From the human T2T-CHM13v2.0 reference genome, Homo sapiens: DNA of 64,000 nt. The notes below the pieces were generated by a model. That model did no database searches. It saw nothing but the letters and a program-made list of their open reading frames with translations, and was not told the DNA's origin. Below are positions 30,881 through 43,063 of this stretch, in pieces. Made by a program: the position numbers and the translations under genes. The stretch lies in NCBI RefSeq assembly GCF_009914755.1, contig NC_060947.1; one strand, given 5' to 3'. Every line of letters begins with the position of its first letter. Within the stretch, counting starts at the first letter, position 1.

Positions 30881-32434
30881 ATTTTTATAGATAGCATCAA
30901 CCCCCCCCCAACAGGGATTGTACCATTTAACATTACTTCTAGCAATGTATGAGAATTCCTATTTCCCCACAGAGTAAGAGGAATGCTGAGGGGAGGAGAA
31001 CATCATGTGAGAAGTTCATGAAAGCCATCTCACTAAATCAGGAGAATTAGATATTTGGATAGGAGTCCTACTCCTGTGCTTGTCTTTGACAATTCAGTCT
31101 CTACTCTTTTCAGTCTTTTGTGGATCTGGGTCCACATCCCTCAAATGGGAGAGGCAGTCTTGCATAAAGCAGAAACTCCATGTCAGCTAGAAGACCAAAT
31201 GGGAGGGACTTCTCTCCTAGGGAAAAGACAAGCACAAAACCAGAAATCCACAACTCTGATATAGTGAAGGGCTAAAAGAGAAAGTAAGCATGTAGTCCCT
31301 TACTCATGAGGAGAACCAAGGATGAAACCAACACAAGGGTGACCTTATCCTTACTCTCTATCTGCGAACTGAATAGAAAGCTGCAAGAGTTTGTGTGTGT
31401 ATAATTGTTGTGAAGAAGACTGAGATACAAACAACATGCAGATACCCACACTGAAACATACAAACACACTGTCAAATAAATAGTTTTGACCTACTTGTCT
31501 TACGCATAAAACAGTATAATGTGAACATGTTTCCAAAGCAATGAATATAAGAGCATCATATTTGTAATTTCACAACTTTTTGTTTTCCACATTTTGTACA
31601 ATAAGGTTTCTAAATTTAAAACACTAGAGAATTGCACATTTATAAAATAAAAGAATCCTGTCTCCCTACAATGTGCACACACTGATTTATGAAATAGAAT
31701 TTTTTAATGTACTATTTTCACACAGCAGCATATGAACATGATTCTTAATAAATGCATTTCTACACTATAATTTTGTGACTAGGGTCACAGAGTTTTCTGA
31801 TTTACAGAACAGAATCTCAATAACTTTATCACATTATCAGTTAATTATTTTCATTGTTTAAGCTTTATCAAATATAATCGAAATGTATATTACATATTAA
31901 AAATATTTTCTATCTGTCACACCTTCTCCTTCTCCATAATACAAAGATAGTTTCTCTTAATTTATTGGTATGTACTCTTCGGATGTTTTTCTCTGCATGT
32001 AGTATACTAACTTACTTTTATTGACACACACACCTCTAAATCCATGTTAATCTATCTATATAAATTATTTTACATAAATCCATGCACTACATTATAATTT
32101 ATGACTTAACTGGTTGACTAAATATGATTCTGTTTCATATTTTTTGTTTTGGTGTATTCCCAAGTGTTGGAATTTATATCATTTTTCTGAGATTTATATA
32201 TTGTCTCTTGATATGATTGGCTTACTTCTCTTGTTCATGAATATTTCATATTTGGAGGATATAAAGCATGATTGAATATGGGTTAGAAATAATTTCTCCC
32301 AAATTTTTATATTTCTTTTTATTTTCTATTTTGGCTATACAGATACAATTCTATACTTTATAATTTTTTACTATTTAAAAAGCACTTCAGCACATTGTTT
32401 TCGAAAGAACAACTCAACAATAATAATGCTTTAA

Positions 32435-32770
<336 letters not shown>

Positions 32771-33133
32771 TCAAATGTTAGCTGACAGGACAGAAGGGAA
32801 AAAATGTTTTGAATAATTCTAGGTTTAGAATCCTGGAACAATAGTTTATAAGGTAGTTTCCCTAGATCAAGTTACCAGTCTTTTAATTTGTGTTCCCTGA
32901 TCCAACTAATGGGCATAATTATTGGTACTGGATAGAATTGTTGAAATCAAAATGAGATGAAATATAAAATACCCTTTATATAGTAGTTGTGTACCTGTTA
33001 ATAGACTACCATCCAGGTTCCCTTTCCAAAGGGCCACAGCTTGGTCTAGTTCAACATCTCAGAGATCAGCCAGTCCATGTACATACAGAAGATACTTTAT
33101 CTTCCATTTAGTAGTGTAACTTGCTTATTTAAC

Positions 33134-33591
33134 TGTAGTGGGTAGAATTGTGTCCCCCTCAAAACATGTCCCAATCCTAACCCACACAAACTTTATTTGG
33201 AAATAGGTTCTATGTAGACATAATGAAGTGAAAGATCTCCAGAAGGGAATATCCTGAATGTAGGTTGATGCCTAACTCCAATGACTGGTATCTATATAAA
33301 AGAAAGCAGAGGGAGATTTGACACATCCAGGGAAGAAGGCCATGTGAATATTGAGGCAGAGATTGAGTTATGCCACCTCAAATCAAATAAAGCAGGAGCC
33401 ACAAGAAGCTGGAAGAGCTAAGAAAGGATTCTCCCCTAAAGGCTTTGGAGGCAGTGCAGTCCTGCCTACACCTTGATTTTGTACTTCAGGCTTTGGTTTT
33501 GTACATCGGAATCATGGCATAATAAATTGCTGTTGTTTAAATATGCAAAGTTTATGATAATTTGTTATGGTGGCCCTAGGAAACTATTACA
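33134..33591. mobile_element. MLT1-type MaLR LTR
   Basis: 'tgtagtgggtagaattgtgtcccc...gaaggccatgtgaa...gttatggtggccctaggaaactattaca'. Confidence 0.8.
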
Positions 33592-34526
33592 TGTACAAAC
33601 ATCATACCCCAAATGTCATTGATTATGAATAAACATTGGTCAATACCCTAATTTTTTTTCATGGCTACAGGGATACGAATGCCAGTAAGACATGTGAAAA
33701 GTATTTAAAAGTGCCAACATTTCGTAGGTACTATATGCTTTTAATGTATTGGATCATTCAGTGCCCAGAACACACTTATGAGTTAAATACTATTGCAGAA
33801 TTCAATTTTACAAATGGAAAACTGAGGGACAGAGAGGATAATGACTTTGCCTAAGACTGAACAGTTAAGGAGTGGGACAGCTTGGACTTATGTCCAGTGC
33901 ATCATGCTCTAGAGCCTGGGAAACTGTGAAAGCTCTGTTGTTAGGTGAAAGAAGCAGTCTGCAAGCATACATACTTTAGGAGCTCATTAAAAGTAATATG
34001 CCCTATGTTAGTGTATTTATACAAAACCTGGACCTAGTAAGAAATGGGTGGATTATGACTTTGGAGAGAATGTTCATGGCAATCCCAGAGACAGAAGCCA
34101 TAGGGCAGTGGGATGATGAGTGGGAAGTGAAAAATGTTAACAGAGCATGTAGAAAACTCTTTTTGGTACTTCGAATATGAAGGAGAAGAAGGATAAGGGA
34201 GGGAGAGACAGAGACAGGGAGAACTGTATCCTGTAGCTGAATGGGTGATAAGGGGGTCCAAGGAGAGATTTTTTTTTTAAATCTTCAATTTCTTGAAACT
34301 TGACCAAGTTAAAAGCTAATGTGAAAAAAAAGCTATCTCAGAATTAACCCTTGAAGTTGACCACATGTTTATTTCCCTTATGCTTTTATATCACATTGGA
34401 GCTCATGAGATACCTCTGATGGAATAGAATGGGTTTGAGCTCAATAGGTATTTAGTTATTACCTAATGAAAGAATAGACATTGTGTGTGAAGAAATGCTA
34501 GTAACTCTTGGATTTTTGTCTCTCAG

Positions 34527-34717
34527 GGAGGCAGCAGATGGCTGAAATTCTGATCCGATGTGGCTGGTTAATGCATGATCTGAAAACCCCTGCACTGGTG
34601 ATTTTGGGACAGATCTAGAATATACCAATAAATATATTAACATACCAAGTAGTCTAGGAGCAGCCACTGGGCGAACACCAAACCTTGCATCCCTGCTGCT
34701 GTCTCTGAGCTCAGCAG
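34527..34717 (+). ncRNA. Repeated non-coding exon, copy 1 (191 nt)
   Basis: Acceptor ggatttttgtctctcag| and donor cag|gtaagt; stops in all three frames; splice sites conserved in four paralogs. Confidence 0.6.
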
Positions 34718-34763
34718 GTAAGTTCAAAGACATGCCTGTCTTCCCAGTGTGGGGAACTAAATT

Positions 34764-34961
34764 TGGGTCATCTCAGAAGCATGATGTTGGGCAGCTCTTA
34801 CGAGCTTCTGATAACACCCACGAAGCAGAGAAACTACTGTCTACAAAACTTTGAACTCAAGGCATGTCACAGGGACATTTGCTTTCTTCAAATAGATGTC
34901 TGTGTTCTCATAAGGGGGAGCAATGAGAAATGATTTTTCACAATGCCTGCCTTAGCACTGA
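34764..34961 (+). ncRNA. Candidate intronic structured small RNA, copy 1 (snoRNA/scaRNA- or pri-miRNA-like)
   Basis: Hairpin 1 tgggt..tcagaagc/gcttctga..accca (34764-34820); AGAGAA; hairpin 2 gagaa..aaggcatgtc-acagg-gacatttgcttt..ttctc (34828-34909); ATGATG at 34781, CTGA at 34808 and 34958. Confidence 0.4.
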
Positions 34962-35434
34962 GGCTCAGCCAGCCCCTAGTGCTGTGTCCCATTTAAAGGC
35001 CATTTAAGTCCCACCCCATGCCATATACTCTCAAGAGGTTTCCTCATATACCCATCAGACAGCTATGTAAGGATGGTATGGTCAGTCCCATTTCACAGAT
35101 GACTAACCTCAGGCTCACAGAGCCTAAGTCACCTCTTCAGGTAAGTGGCAGGGTTTGAATGAAATTCCATCCCTCACCCTCCCTAGAGTACCCTGAGCAG
35201 CCTCCCTTTTAGAAGATGGGTTTCTGGGCTTGAGAAATGGTGAGATTTCACCCACCTGCTATTGTAACCCCATGAGTCTTTACTCAACAACTTTTCTGGG
35301 TGAAGATGACAGAGGTGAGATCCCATTCTTTGTGCCAAGAGACCTGTGTGTAGGGACACATGAGTTGGCTGATGCCTGAAGTGGTGAGTGGGCTCAGGCA
35401 GAAACTCAAGTGTTGTACTTGAGACAGGTGAGCA

Positions 35435-35838
35435 TATATATGTGTGTGTATATATATATGAGTTTATTAAGTATTAACTTACACAGTCACAGGGTCCCAC
35501 AATAGGCTGTCTGCAAGCTGAGGAACAAGGAGAGTCAGTCCGAGTCCCAAAACTGAAGAACTTTGAGTCCAATGTTTGAGGGCAGGAAGCATCCAGCACG
35601 GGAGAAAGATGTAGGCTGGGAGGCTAGGCCCGTCTCTCTTTTTCACATTTTTCTGCCTGCTTTATATTTGCTGGAAGCTGATTAGATTGTGCCCACCAGA
35701 TTAAGGGTGGATCTGCCTTTCCCAGCCCACTGACTCAAATGTTAATCTCTTTTGGCAACACCCACACAGACACAACCGGGATTAATACTTTGTATCCTTC
35801 AATCCAATCAAGTTTACACTCAGTGTTAACCATCGCAA
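35435..35838. mobile_element. MLT2A-type ERVL LTR fragment inserted in copy 1
   Basis: 'gagtttattaagtattaacttacac...caatcaagtttacactcagtgttaaccatcgca'; absent at the equivalent position of copy 2 (~43550). Confidence 0.85.
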
Positions 35839-37744
35839 CTCCTTTAGGCAAATGCACTCTGTATTTCATCTTCTTTAATGTCAACAGCTATTCAAGTTAC
35901 CCACAAGAATACCCACTGAATTATGACCATTATTCAGATCAGGGTACTTTAGGCAAGTTTCTGTACATCAGGGAAATACCTTTGTTGTGTCTCGATTAGC
36001 AGGTAATTCTGAATTATTCTAAAGTTTTCTCCAGTTTGTCTCTGTGCCTCCTGGTCTCGGGAATGATCTAATCTCCTTGGGCACTGCCATTACATGTTCC
36101 AAGGCAGTTTAACATTTTTTTAAAAATTGTGATCCATGTGGTTTTAAGTCAGAAGATAATTTAAATTGAAAAATTCTAAATTAAAAAAAACTAAGAATAG
36201 CGTAAAAACTCTGGAAAAATCCGTACAAACTAGAGCTGAGATACTGGATTAGAATTCATGCTTTGTGAAGCACACTAACAAAGAGCTTGGCAAATAATTT
36301 CAGTGGAGAAGTCAAATAGTTAGATACATGAACAATAAACACATTAACTATGCCAAAACCACAAAAACTAATAAGATGTAAATATAAATCCTGAGAAGAA
36401 AAGTGGAAAAAATAGGTTGCAAAAGAAGATAAGGATGTGATTCGACCTTTGGAACAGACTGTGTGTGTGTAGGTGAACATATTTGTGTGCATCTCACTTG
36501 TGGAGACACATTTCACAGTATGCACCATTCTGTGGACAGCAGACAACTAGGGGTCAGGGATTAGGAGCTGCTCCAGTGAGAGATACAGGTTAATTTCAAT
36601 TCATATATGTGTTTTTATATATTGTTTTACATTTTATATTCAGGAAAAAGTATTTTGATGAAATATTAAAAACAATATGCTGTGAACATATTGACAAGAG
36701 TATGGTACACATATATTCCTTACTTCAGGCATTCATTTATTCAATTTCCTGGGGAAATAAAGTAGATTTTTAAAAAATGAATTGACTCACACGCAAGTGT
36801 GTGTGTGTGTGTGTGTTCTAGCTCCTCTAGCTCTACCACCTCAAATACAGTTCACAATTGCAGCATTATCCCCAGTTCAGACTGATGCTGTACTTCCAAT
36901 ATCAGATTTAGATATCCCCGAAAACGTACTTTTTTATAACCCAGAAAAATGATGGATACAGAGGGATTCCTGTAGGTACGTAAAAAATTCCAGAAAACTG
37001 GCTGATCACATTAATCAACCTCCCAACCTCCATCCCTCCCTTTCCCCTGCTGAACTCACCAGTCAGCTCTCAGAGTTGCAATCCTGGCTCTGGCCACTAG
37101 GAGACATCGCAGCCATCTTCACATTTGTTCTTTTTTAAGGAAAAGGAGTACATCTAACAAACAGTAACAGATGTTATAACATGGTTTGTTCACTGAAATA
37201 CCAGTTGTTTGGAGTATTCGCGTGTATATTAAAGCAGTTCCATTTGCTGTCGTCCCCAAATCTACATCGCATTCATTGATTCATCTCTTCCCTTCTCTGT
37301 TGGTAGAGGTTTCCACATTGTAGGAGGGTCCCTTCCAGAGAGCAGGGCGTTCGTTCACTCTCCATTACCCCACCCCTGTATAGGCTTCCTGGTCCTTCTA
37401 CCACTGCCTCCCACTCATCCCCTCTCCAGGGGCACAGCTGCCCAGACCTGCCCCTTGTGCCGTCATCCTCTCTCAGTCACCTCTCACCTGCCCTGATGCT
37501 CACTTAAGATTCTGTCTTCCAGCAACAGCCAAGGAGTGTTAGACCTACCTGGTGTTTCATCCTATGGATGCCCCACAGTATATGTATTTGCAGTCTTCTT
37601 TTACACTTACCAGTTTTTTTTTCCTTTGACAGAATTAGAATGAATCATTCTGCACTTAGGCTTATAAGCTGTGGTTTAAGAGAAGTATTTTTTGCTCCTT
37701 GCAGACACGTCTTTGCAGAAGAGTTCTATAATGGTGGTACAATG

Positions 37745-37775
37745 GTGCCCCCTCGTGACAGAAGCTTGAACTACA
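37745..37775 (-). promoter_or_regulatory. CTCF site, paralog of 864-894
   Basis: Minus strand TGTAGTTC-aagcttctg-TCACGAGGGGGCAC; the 14-bp core is identical to copy 0 although the flanks have diverged. Confidence 0.65.
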
Positions 37776-39421
37776 GCTTGAACATCGGTGAGCAGGAAGG
37801 TGGGAGGGAGGGGCTCTGGCCCATGCACACCCTATAGAGCGTTCTGAAACTCTGGGTTGAAAAGGAGACATTCCAGGTTAAAGGGATATAGAAGGCCAAT
37901 AGATATTCCAGCCTCTTTATATGCTGAATAGAGAGCTGTATGTGAGAATAACAGAAAAATCATTTTAATTTCTGTAGAGATGAAAATATACTGTCTACGT
38001 TGTTCAACACAATAGCTAATGGCAACTGTGGCAGTTGAACACCCGAAACGTGATGAATGTGACTGAGGAACTGAACTTTTAGTTTCATGTAAGTTTAATC
38101 AACTTAAATTTAAATGGCTATATGTGGACAATGCCTACTATATTGGACAGCAGTGGCTCAACACATTTTTCTGTACCTTTCTTTCTTCACTTAACAATTT
38201 ATGCTGGAAATCATTACAAAGGAGTAGAAGGGGGAATTCTCATTGCTTATTTTACCTCCATAGAACTCTGGGATGTAGATGTACCTTAGATTATTCAATC
38301 AATTCCTTATTGGTGGACATCTGTCTCATTTCTAGTCTTGTCCTGTTACAAATTGTTCTACCATGAATTGCCTTGTGTTTATGCCTTTTGTCTTTTTAAA
38401 TTTTATCTTTGGGGGTACATTCTTAGAAGAGAGATTGCTGGCCCCGGAAGAAAATATCTGTGCTGCATAAAATAAAAGATTTGAAACGAGAGGATCTGGA
38501 AACATGGCGACAAGCAGTGAATGTTGGTTCTATCTCATTATTCTTTTGATTCCATGTACTTTCTGGTCTCCTATTTTCATTCTAGTGTGACATGATGAAT
38601 GAATTTATTGAGCCCCAGGAAGAAGGAAAATTAAAGAAGAGCAAAGAATAATAGCTGGACAGAAGATGGGGGTCATTGAACCTATATCCTAGTTGCCAGA
38701 CCAGTAAACTGACCATGGGACCTGGGGTGAGTCCTGTTCTTTTTTTGGCCTCTAGTCTACCACAGAAGGACATTTAATATAGGAACAGTGGTTAGCTGTG
38801 TGGGCTTTGGGGTGAGAAGGACTTGGATTTGAGTCTGGGAACTATTCACTTGATGGTTGCATAATCTGGAGCAAATAATTTATTATGTATCCTATAATTG
38901 TTGGCATTTTTATTATTGTTTATTTTATTTTATTATTATTACACCATTCATCCAAAGGGTGAATGATAGGAGTCAGGATTACACTGTCGGGTATTGCAAT
39001 GTTCCGTGAAACTTTGCTTTTATAACTGATGGAGTCTGACATACAGATTAAAGGATGTCTATAGAAAGCTCATGAACAGACCCATATATATATTACATTT
39101 AATATGCAATATAGATATGGCATTTCCAATCAGATGCATTGTTTGAAAATTGGGGTTGGGTCAGCTGGTTCATTAAAAGGTAAAGTTAGATTATATATCT
39201 TGTAATTTAATCAGAATGACTCATCCACATATTACTACCTTGTATAAAAGTTCAGATAAAAGTAGAAATGAGAATAAAAACCCAGAATACCAAGCTCCAT
39301 ATATAGTATAACAGTTATATAAAATGTAATGTATGTATATCCATTACATTTGCTTATATACATGTATAAAAAAACAATTAAAATAGCATGATGTAAATTT
39401 CAGTAAGGATAGGAATACTGA

Positions 39422-39844
39422 TGATAAAAGAAAAACTTCAGCCAAATTAAATTTAAAGGACTTTGAGCAATGAACAATTCATGAATTGGGCAGCCCCCAG
39501 AATCACAGCAGATTCACAGAGACTCTAGCACAGCCATATGGTGGAAAAAGATTTATAGACCAAAAAAGGGAAATGATGTACAGAAATTGGAAGTGAGGTA
39601 CAGAATGGCTGGATTGATTATAGCTTGGCATTTGCCTTATTTAAACCCAGTTTGAACACTCAGCAGTACACAAATGGTTGAAGTATGGCCTCTGGGATTG
39701 GCCAAGACTTAGCTATTGTTACAGGCACATACTCCTAAGTTATGTTTTCAATTTTGTCTATTAAGCTAGGTTACAGTTCATCCACAAGGACTCAAATATA
39801 GAAGTACGAAGTCCTTCTCAGGTCACATTTAGTTTGCTTTAACA
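39422..39844 (-). mobile_element. ERV1-class solo LTR (MER57-like)
   Basis: TG...CA termini; minus strand starts tgttaaagcaaactaaatgtgacctgagaaggacttcgtacttctatatttgagtcc. Confidence 0.7.
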
Positions 39845-41824
39845 CTGGATATTAATATTTTTTAATTTCTGCACTTGACTCAATATTAAACTTTTGCAAA
39901 GACAAGTGTGGAATACATTTATGATAAAAATGTAACTCCTAAAATATGTTACTTAAGAAATATTTCCGAAAAAATCATAGCCATAAAATTAACCCAGGTT
40001 AATATTATACCTACTTTAGTTTTTCTCTAACCCCAGGTCCCATAGGCTCCCATCTGGCAGTGGGTTTATGCCTTCCTCCTGAAGTCACATTCTTAACCAG
40101 AACACTCTTTTCATGGGGTTGCACTCTCTCCACCCTTTCATTTGTTTTCTCTCTGCACTTAGCCTGGGCAACAGAGCAAGACCCTGTAAAAAGAAAGAAA
40201 GAGAGGAAGGGAGGGAGGGAGGGAGAGAGAGAAAGGGAGGGAGGGCGGGCGGGCTTTGCTGTCTCTTCTTTGTAGCACAGGTAACCTGATCATGCAGTGG
40301 AGGAGAAGGAAAATCATCCCCTCATTACATTTTGTTTGATGTCCTTTCTTGCTACCTTCTTTTACCTTCCATTTGGACATTGGAATAGCAGCCTTTCATT
40401 AAGCTCTGGAAAGGAGATAGCACCGAATGACAGAGCATGAAGATGAGTCTGCTATAAAACAGACTGAAACCAGAAGTCCTGGGTCCCAAGTACTAGATCT
40501 GTCCTTGTATACGCAGTGGTTAGGGATGTGGGCTTTGGAGTCAGATAGATCAGGTAGAAAATGTGTGTACATTTAATAGCTGCTTTCATGATCTTTAGCA
40601 AATATTGAGTCTTCAAATTAATGAAACCCATATTTAGTATACATACATTAAATATGCGTGCATAGAGAATGAAATGAGCATTAATACAAAAATAATTCTA
40701 CGTTTAAAATTAACTAGTGATGGGGTTATTGATTAATTATATATCTGGACTTGATTATATTTCCCTGAATTTCTTAATTGGTATGGATCTTTTTAAAATC
40801 AGAATTAAGTCTCAGAGAAATAGTGGTTGTTATGAAATATTAAAGTAACACAAAAAATTATAGAATACAACAGACTTCTACATATTCATGTCAACATATA
40901 AAACTTTCATAGGTGAGTCAAACACACTTTAAAGTCTTCTCTTATTACCTCAGCTGCCTTCTTTCCCACAGGTGACCATGATGCAGAATTTAGGTTTTAC
41001 GTTTTCAAGACATTTTTCTATACTTTTATTACATATGCATATACCTGTAAGTGAAATATGGTATTGTTTTCTGACATGGTTTCATCTCTAAATACCTGGC
41101 TACCTCATGAAATAGGAGAAAGGAAGAAACATGAGGAGAACAAACACACATTCGCATCTTAATAGAGGGACCTACCATATATGCCTATTTGTCATTTATA
41201 CTCTCTTTCAGACTCACTGAAGCAGACACACCCATTTTCTCAGTTTATATGCTGTGGGGAGCTCCAACAAAATCTGCAGATACCATTTTCCAAGCGTCTT
41301 TATTCCCTGATGAATTCAAAATCTTAGAGTTTCCCTGAAGCTAACTATCCTAAAATAATATCTCAGTGTATCCTGACATGAAATACCTTCCATTTGTCCA
41401 GACCTAATTTTCTATCTTTCATCCAAACTGTAATTCATGTAGGCTTACCCTGTCTATCTAGAATCTAAACTGGGTCATGCTGGTGAAAGAAGACAGTGAT
41501 TCCCTGAGTTGATTTTCATATGTCCAGGCTACTACCCAAATCCATTGATTAGTTCAGGGATGCATGTCATTTAGAGCTTGATCTGATTTTGTATCACAAT
41601 TGCTCAGCATGAGTATATTTTGCTTTCCATTTGTTATTTTTGATTGCACAAGGAAGGTATTTCAAAAGAGTTTTAATTTGTATGTGTTAATTGATGATCC
41701 TGGGGACAGAATCCATAGTGTAATGGGATAAAGAGTCAGTGAAAAGTGGAGAGTATTAACAAGGAATGTGTAAAACTCTTTGTGGAACTTTGAATTTGAA
41801 GAAGAGAGAATCCAGTGGGGGAGG

Positions 41825-41950
41825 ACACATACACATACACACATACATATACACACATACACACACACACATACACACAGAGAGAGAGAGAGAGGGAGAG
41901 AGAGCGCTGGAGGGAGAGCGCCAGAGAGAGAGAGGGAGAGAGGGAGAGGA
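41825..41950. repeat. Compound (CA)n/(GA)n microsatellite
   Basis: acacatacac...agagagagag run. Confidence 0.95.
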
Positions 41951-42226
41951 GTGGTATCTCTATCATGTGGTTGAATAGGTGATGAGAGGTCCAAGGAGGG
42001 ATTTTTGAAAATCATCAATTTTTTGAAACCTGATCAAGTTTAAAAATTAATGAGAAGAACCATCTCATCTCAGATTTAAGCAATGAAGTCACCCATATAT
42101 TAATTTCCTTTCTTGCCCAGTTAATTCGACTTTAGAGTTCATGAGGTACCTCCAATGGAATAGCATGAATTCTGGGCTCTGTAAATATTTAGTTGTTAGC
42201 TAATTAAAAACTGGATAATTGTGTGT

Positions 42227-42571
42227 TGTATTAGTCTGTTCTCATGCTGCTAATAAAGACATAACTGAGACTAGGTAATTTATAAAGGAAAGAGGTTTAA
42301 TTGACTTACAGTTCCACATGGCTGGGGAGGCCCCACAATCATAGCAGAAGGCAAAAACACATCTTACATGGTGGCAGGCAAGAGAGCTTGTGCAGGGAAA
42401 CTCCCATTTATAAAACTATCAGATCTTGTGAGACTTATTCACTACTATGAGAACAGTATGGTGTAAACTGCCCTCATGATTCAATTATCTCCACCTCGCC
42501 CTGTGCTTGACATGTGGTGATTATTACAATTCAAGGTGAGATTTGGGTGGGGACACAGCCAAACTCTATCG
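42227..42571. mobile_element. THE1-type MaLR solo LTR inserted ~45 nt upstream of the copy-2 exon
   Basis: 'tgtattagtctgttctcatgctgctaataaagacata...gagatttgggtggggacacagccaaac'; tgtgt duplicated on both sides. Confidence 0.9.
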
Positions 42572-42615
42572 TGTGTCAAAGACTTGCTAGTAACTATTGG
42601 ATTTTTGTCTCTAAG

Positions 42616-42820
42616 GGAGGCAGCAGATGACCGAAAACCTGGAGTGATGTGGCTGAATACCGCATGATCTGAAGACTGCACTGGTGGCTGCGGTATGGGT
42701 CCAAATTTTTCCTTAACAAAAACAAAAAAAGAGCCCAAAACCATACTGACTAGTCCAGGAATAGCCATTAGGCAAACAACTTTTTGCTACCCTGGTGTTA
42801 CCGATTTCTGAACTCAACAG
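42616..42820 (+). ncRNA. Repeated non-coding exon, copy 2 (205 nt)
   Basis: Acceptor ggatttttgtctctaag| and donor cag|gtgaat. Confidence 0.5.
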
Positions 42821-42866
42821 GTGAATTCAAAGATATGCCTGTCTTTCCAGCATGGGGAGCTGGATT

Positions 42867-43063
42867 TGGGTCAGCTCAGGCGCATGATGTTGAACAGCTC
42901 TTATGAGCTTCTGATAGTGCCCAGGAAGTACAGAAACAACTGTCTACAAATCTTTGAACTCAAGGCATATCACAGGGACATTTGCTTTCTTCAACTAGAT
43001 ATCTGTTTTCTCATAAAGAGAAACAATGAGAAATGGTTTTTCACAATGCCTCGTTAGCCCTGA
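42867..43063 (+). ncRNA. Candidate intronic structured small RNA, copy 2
   Basis: tgggt/gccca stem, ATGATG, CTGA, ACAGAA, hairpin 2, ACA at 43023, terminal CTGA. Confidence 0.4.

Larger units (their letters stand above)
34110..38450 (+). repeat. Paralogous unit copy 1, the most complete: GA tract, exon, structured element, MIR, further donors, CTCF module
   Basis: 34110-36730 aligns with 41730-44500; 34110-35060 and ~37130-37875 align inverted with 56480-55030 and ~54800-54100; 34140-35215 aligns with 62907-64000. Confidence 0.9.

Noticed and set aside
34538-34618. Short ORF MAEILIRCGWLMHDLKTPALVILGQI in the repeated exon as a micropeptide
   Set aside because: The ATG is shared, but the frame is not conserved (copy 4 stops after 6 codons; copies differ by indels).
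34936-34946. ttcacaatg as an antisense guide to 28S rRNA (cattgtgaa, recalled from memory)
   Set aside because: Only 9 nt, not adjacent to a D box, altered in copy 3; expected by chance.
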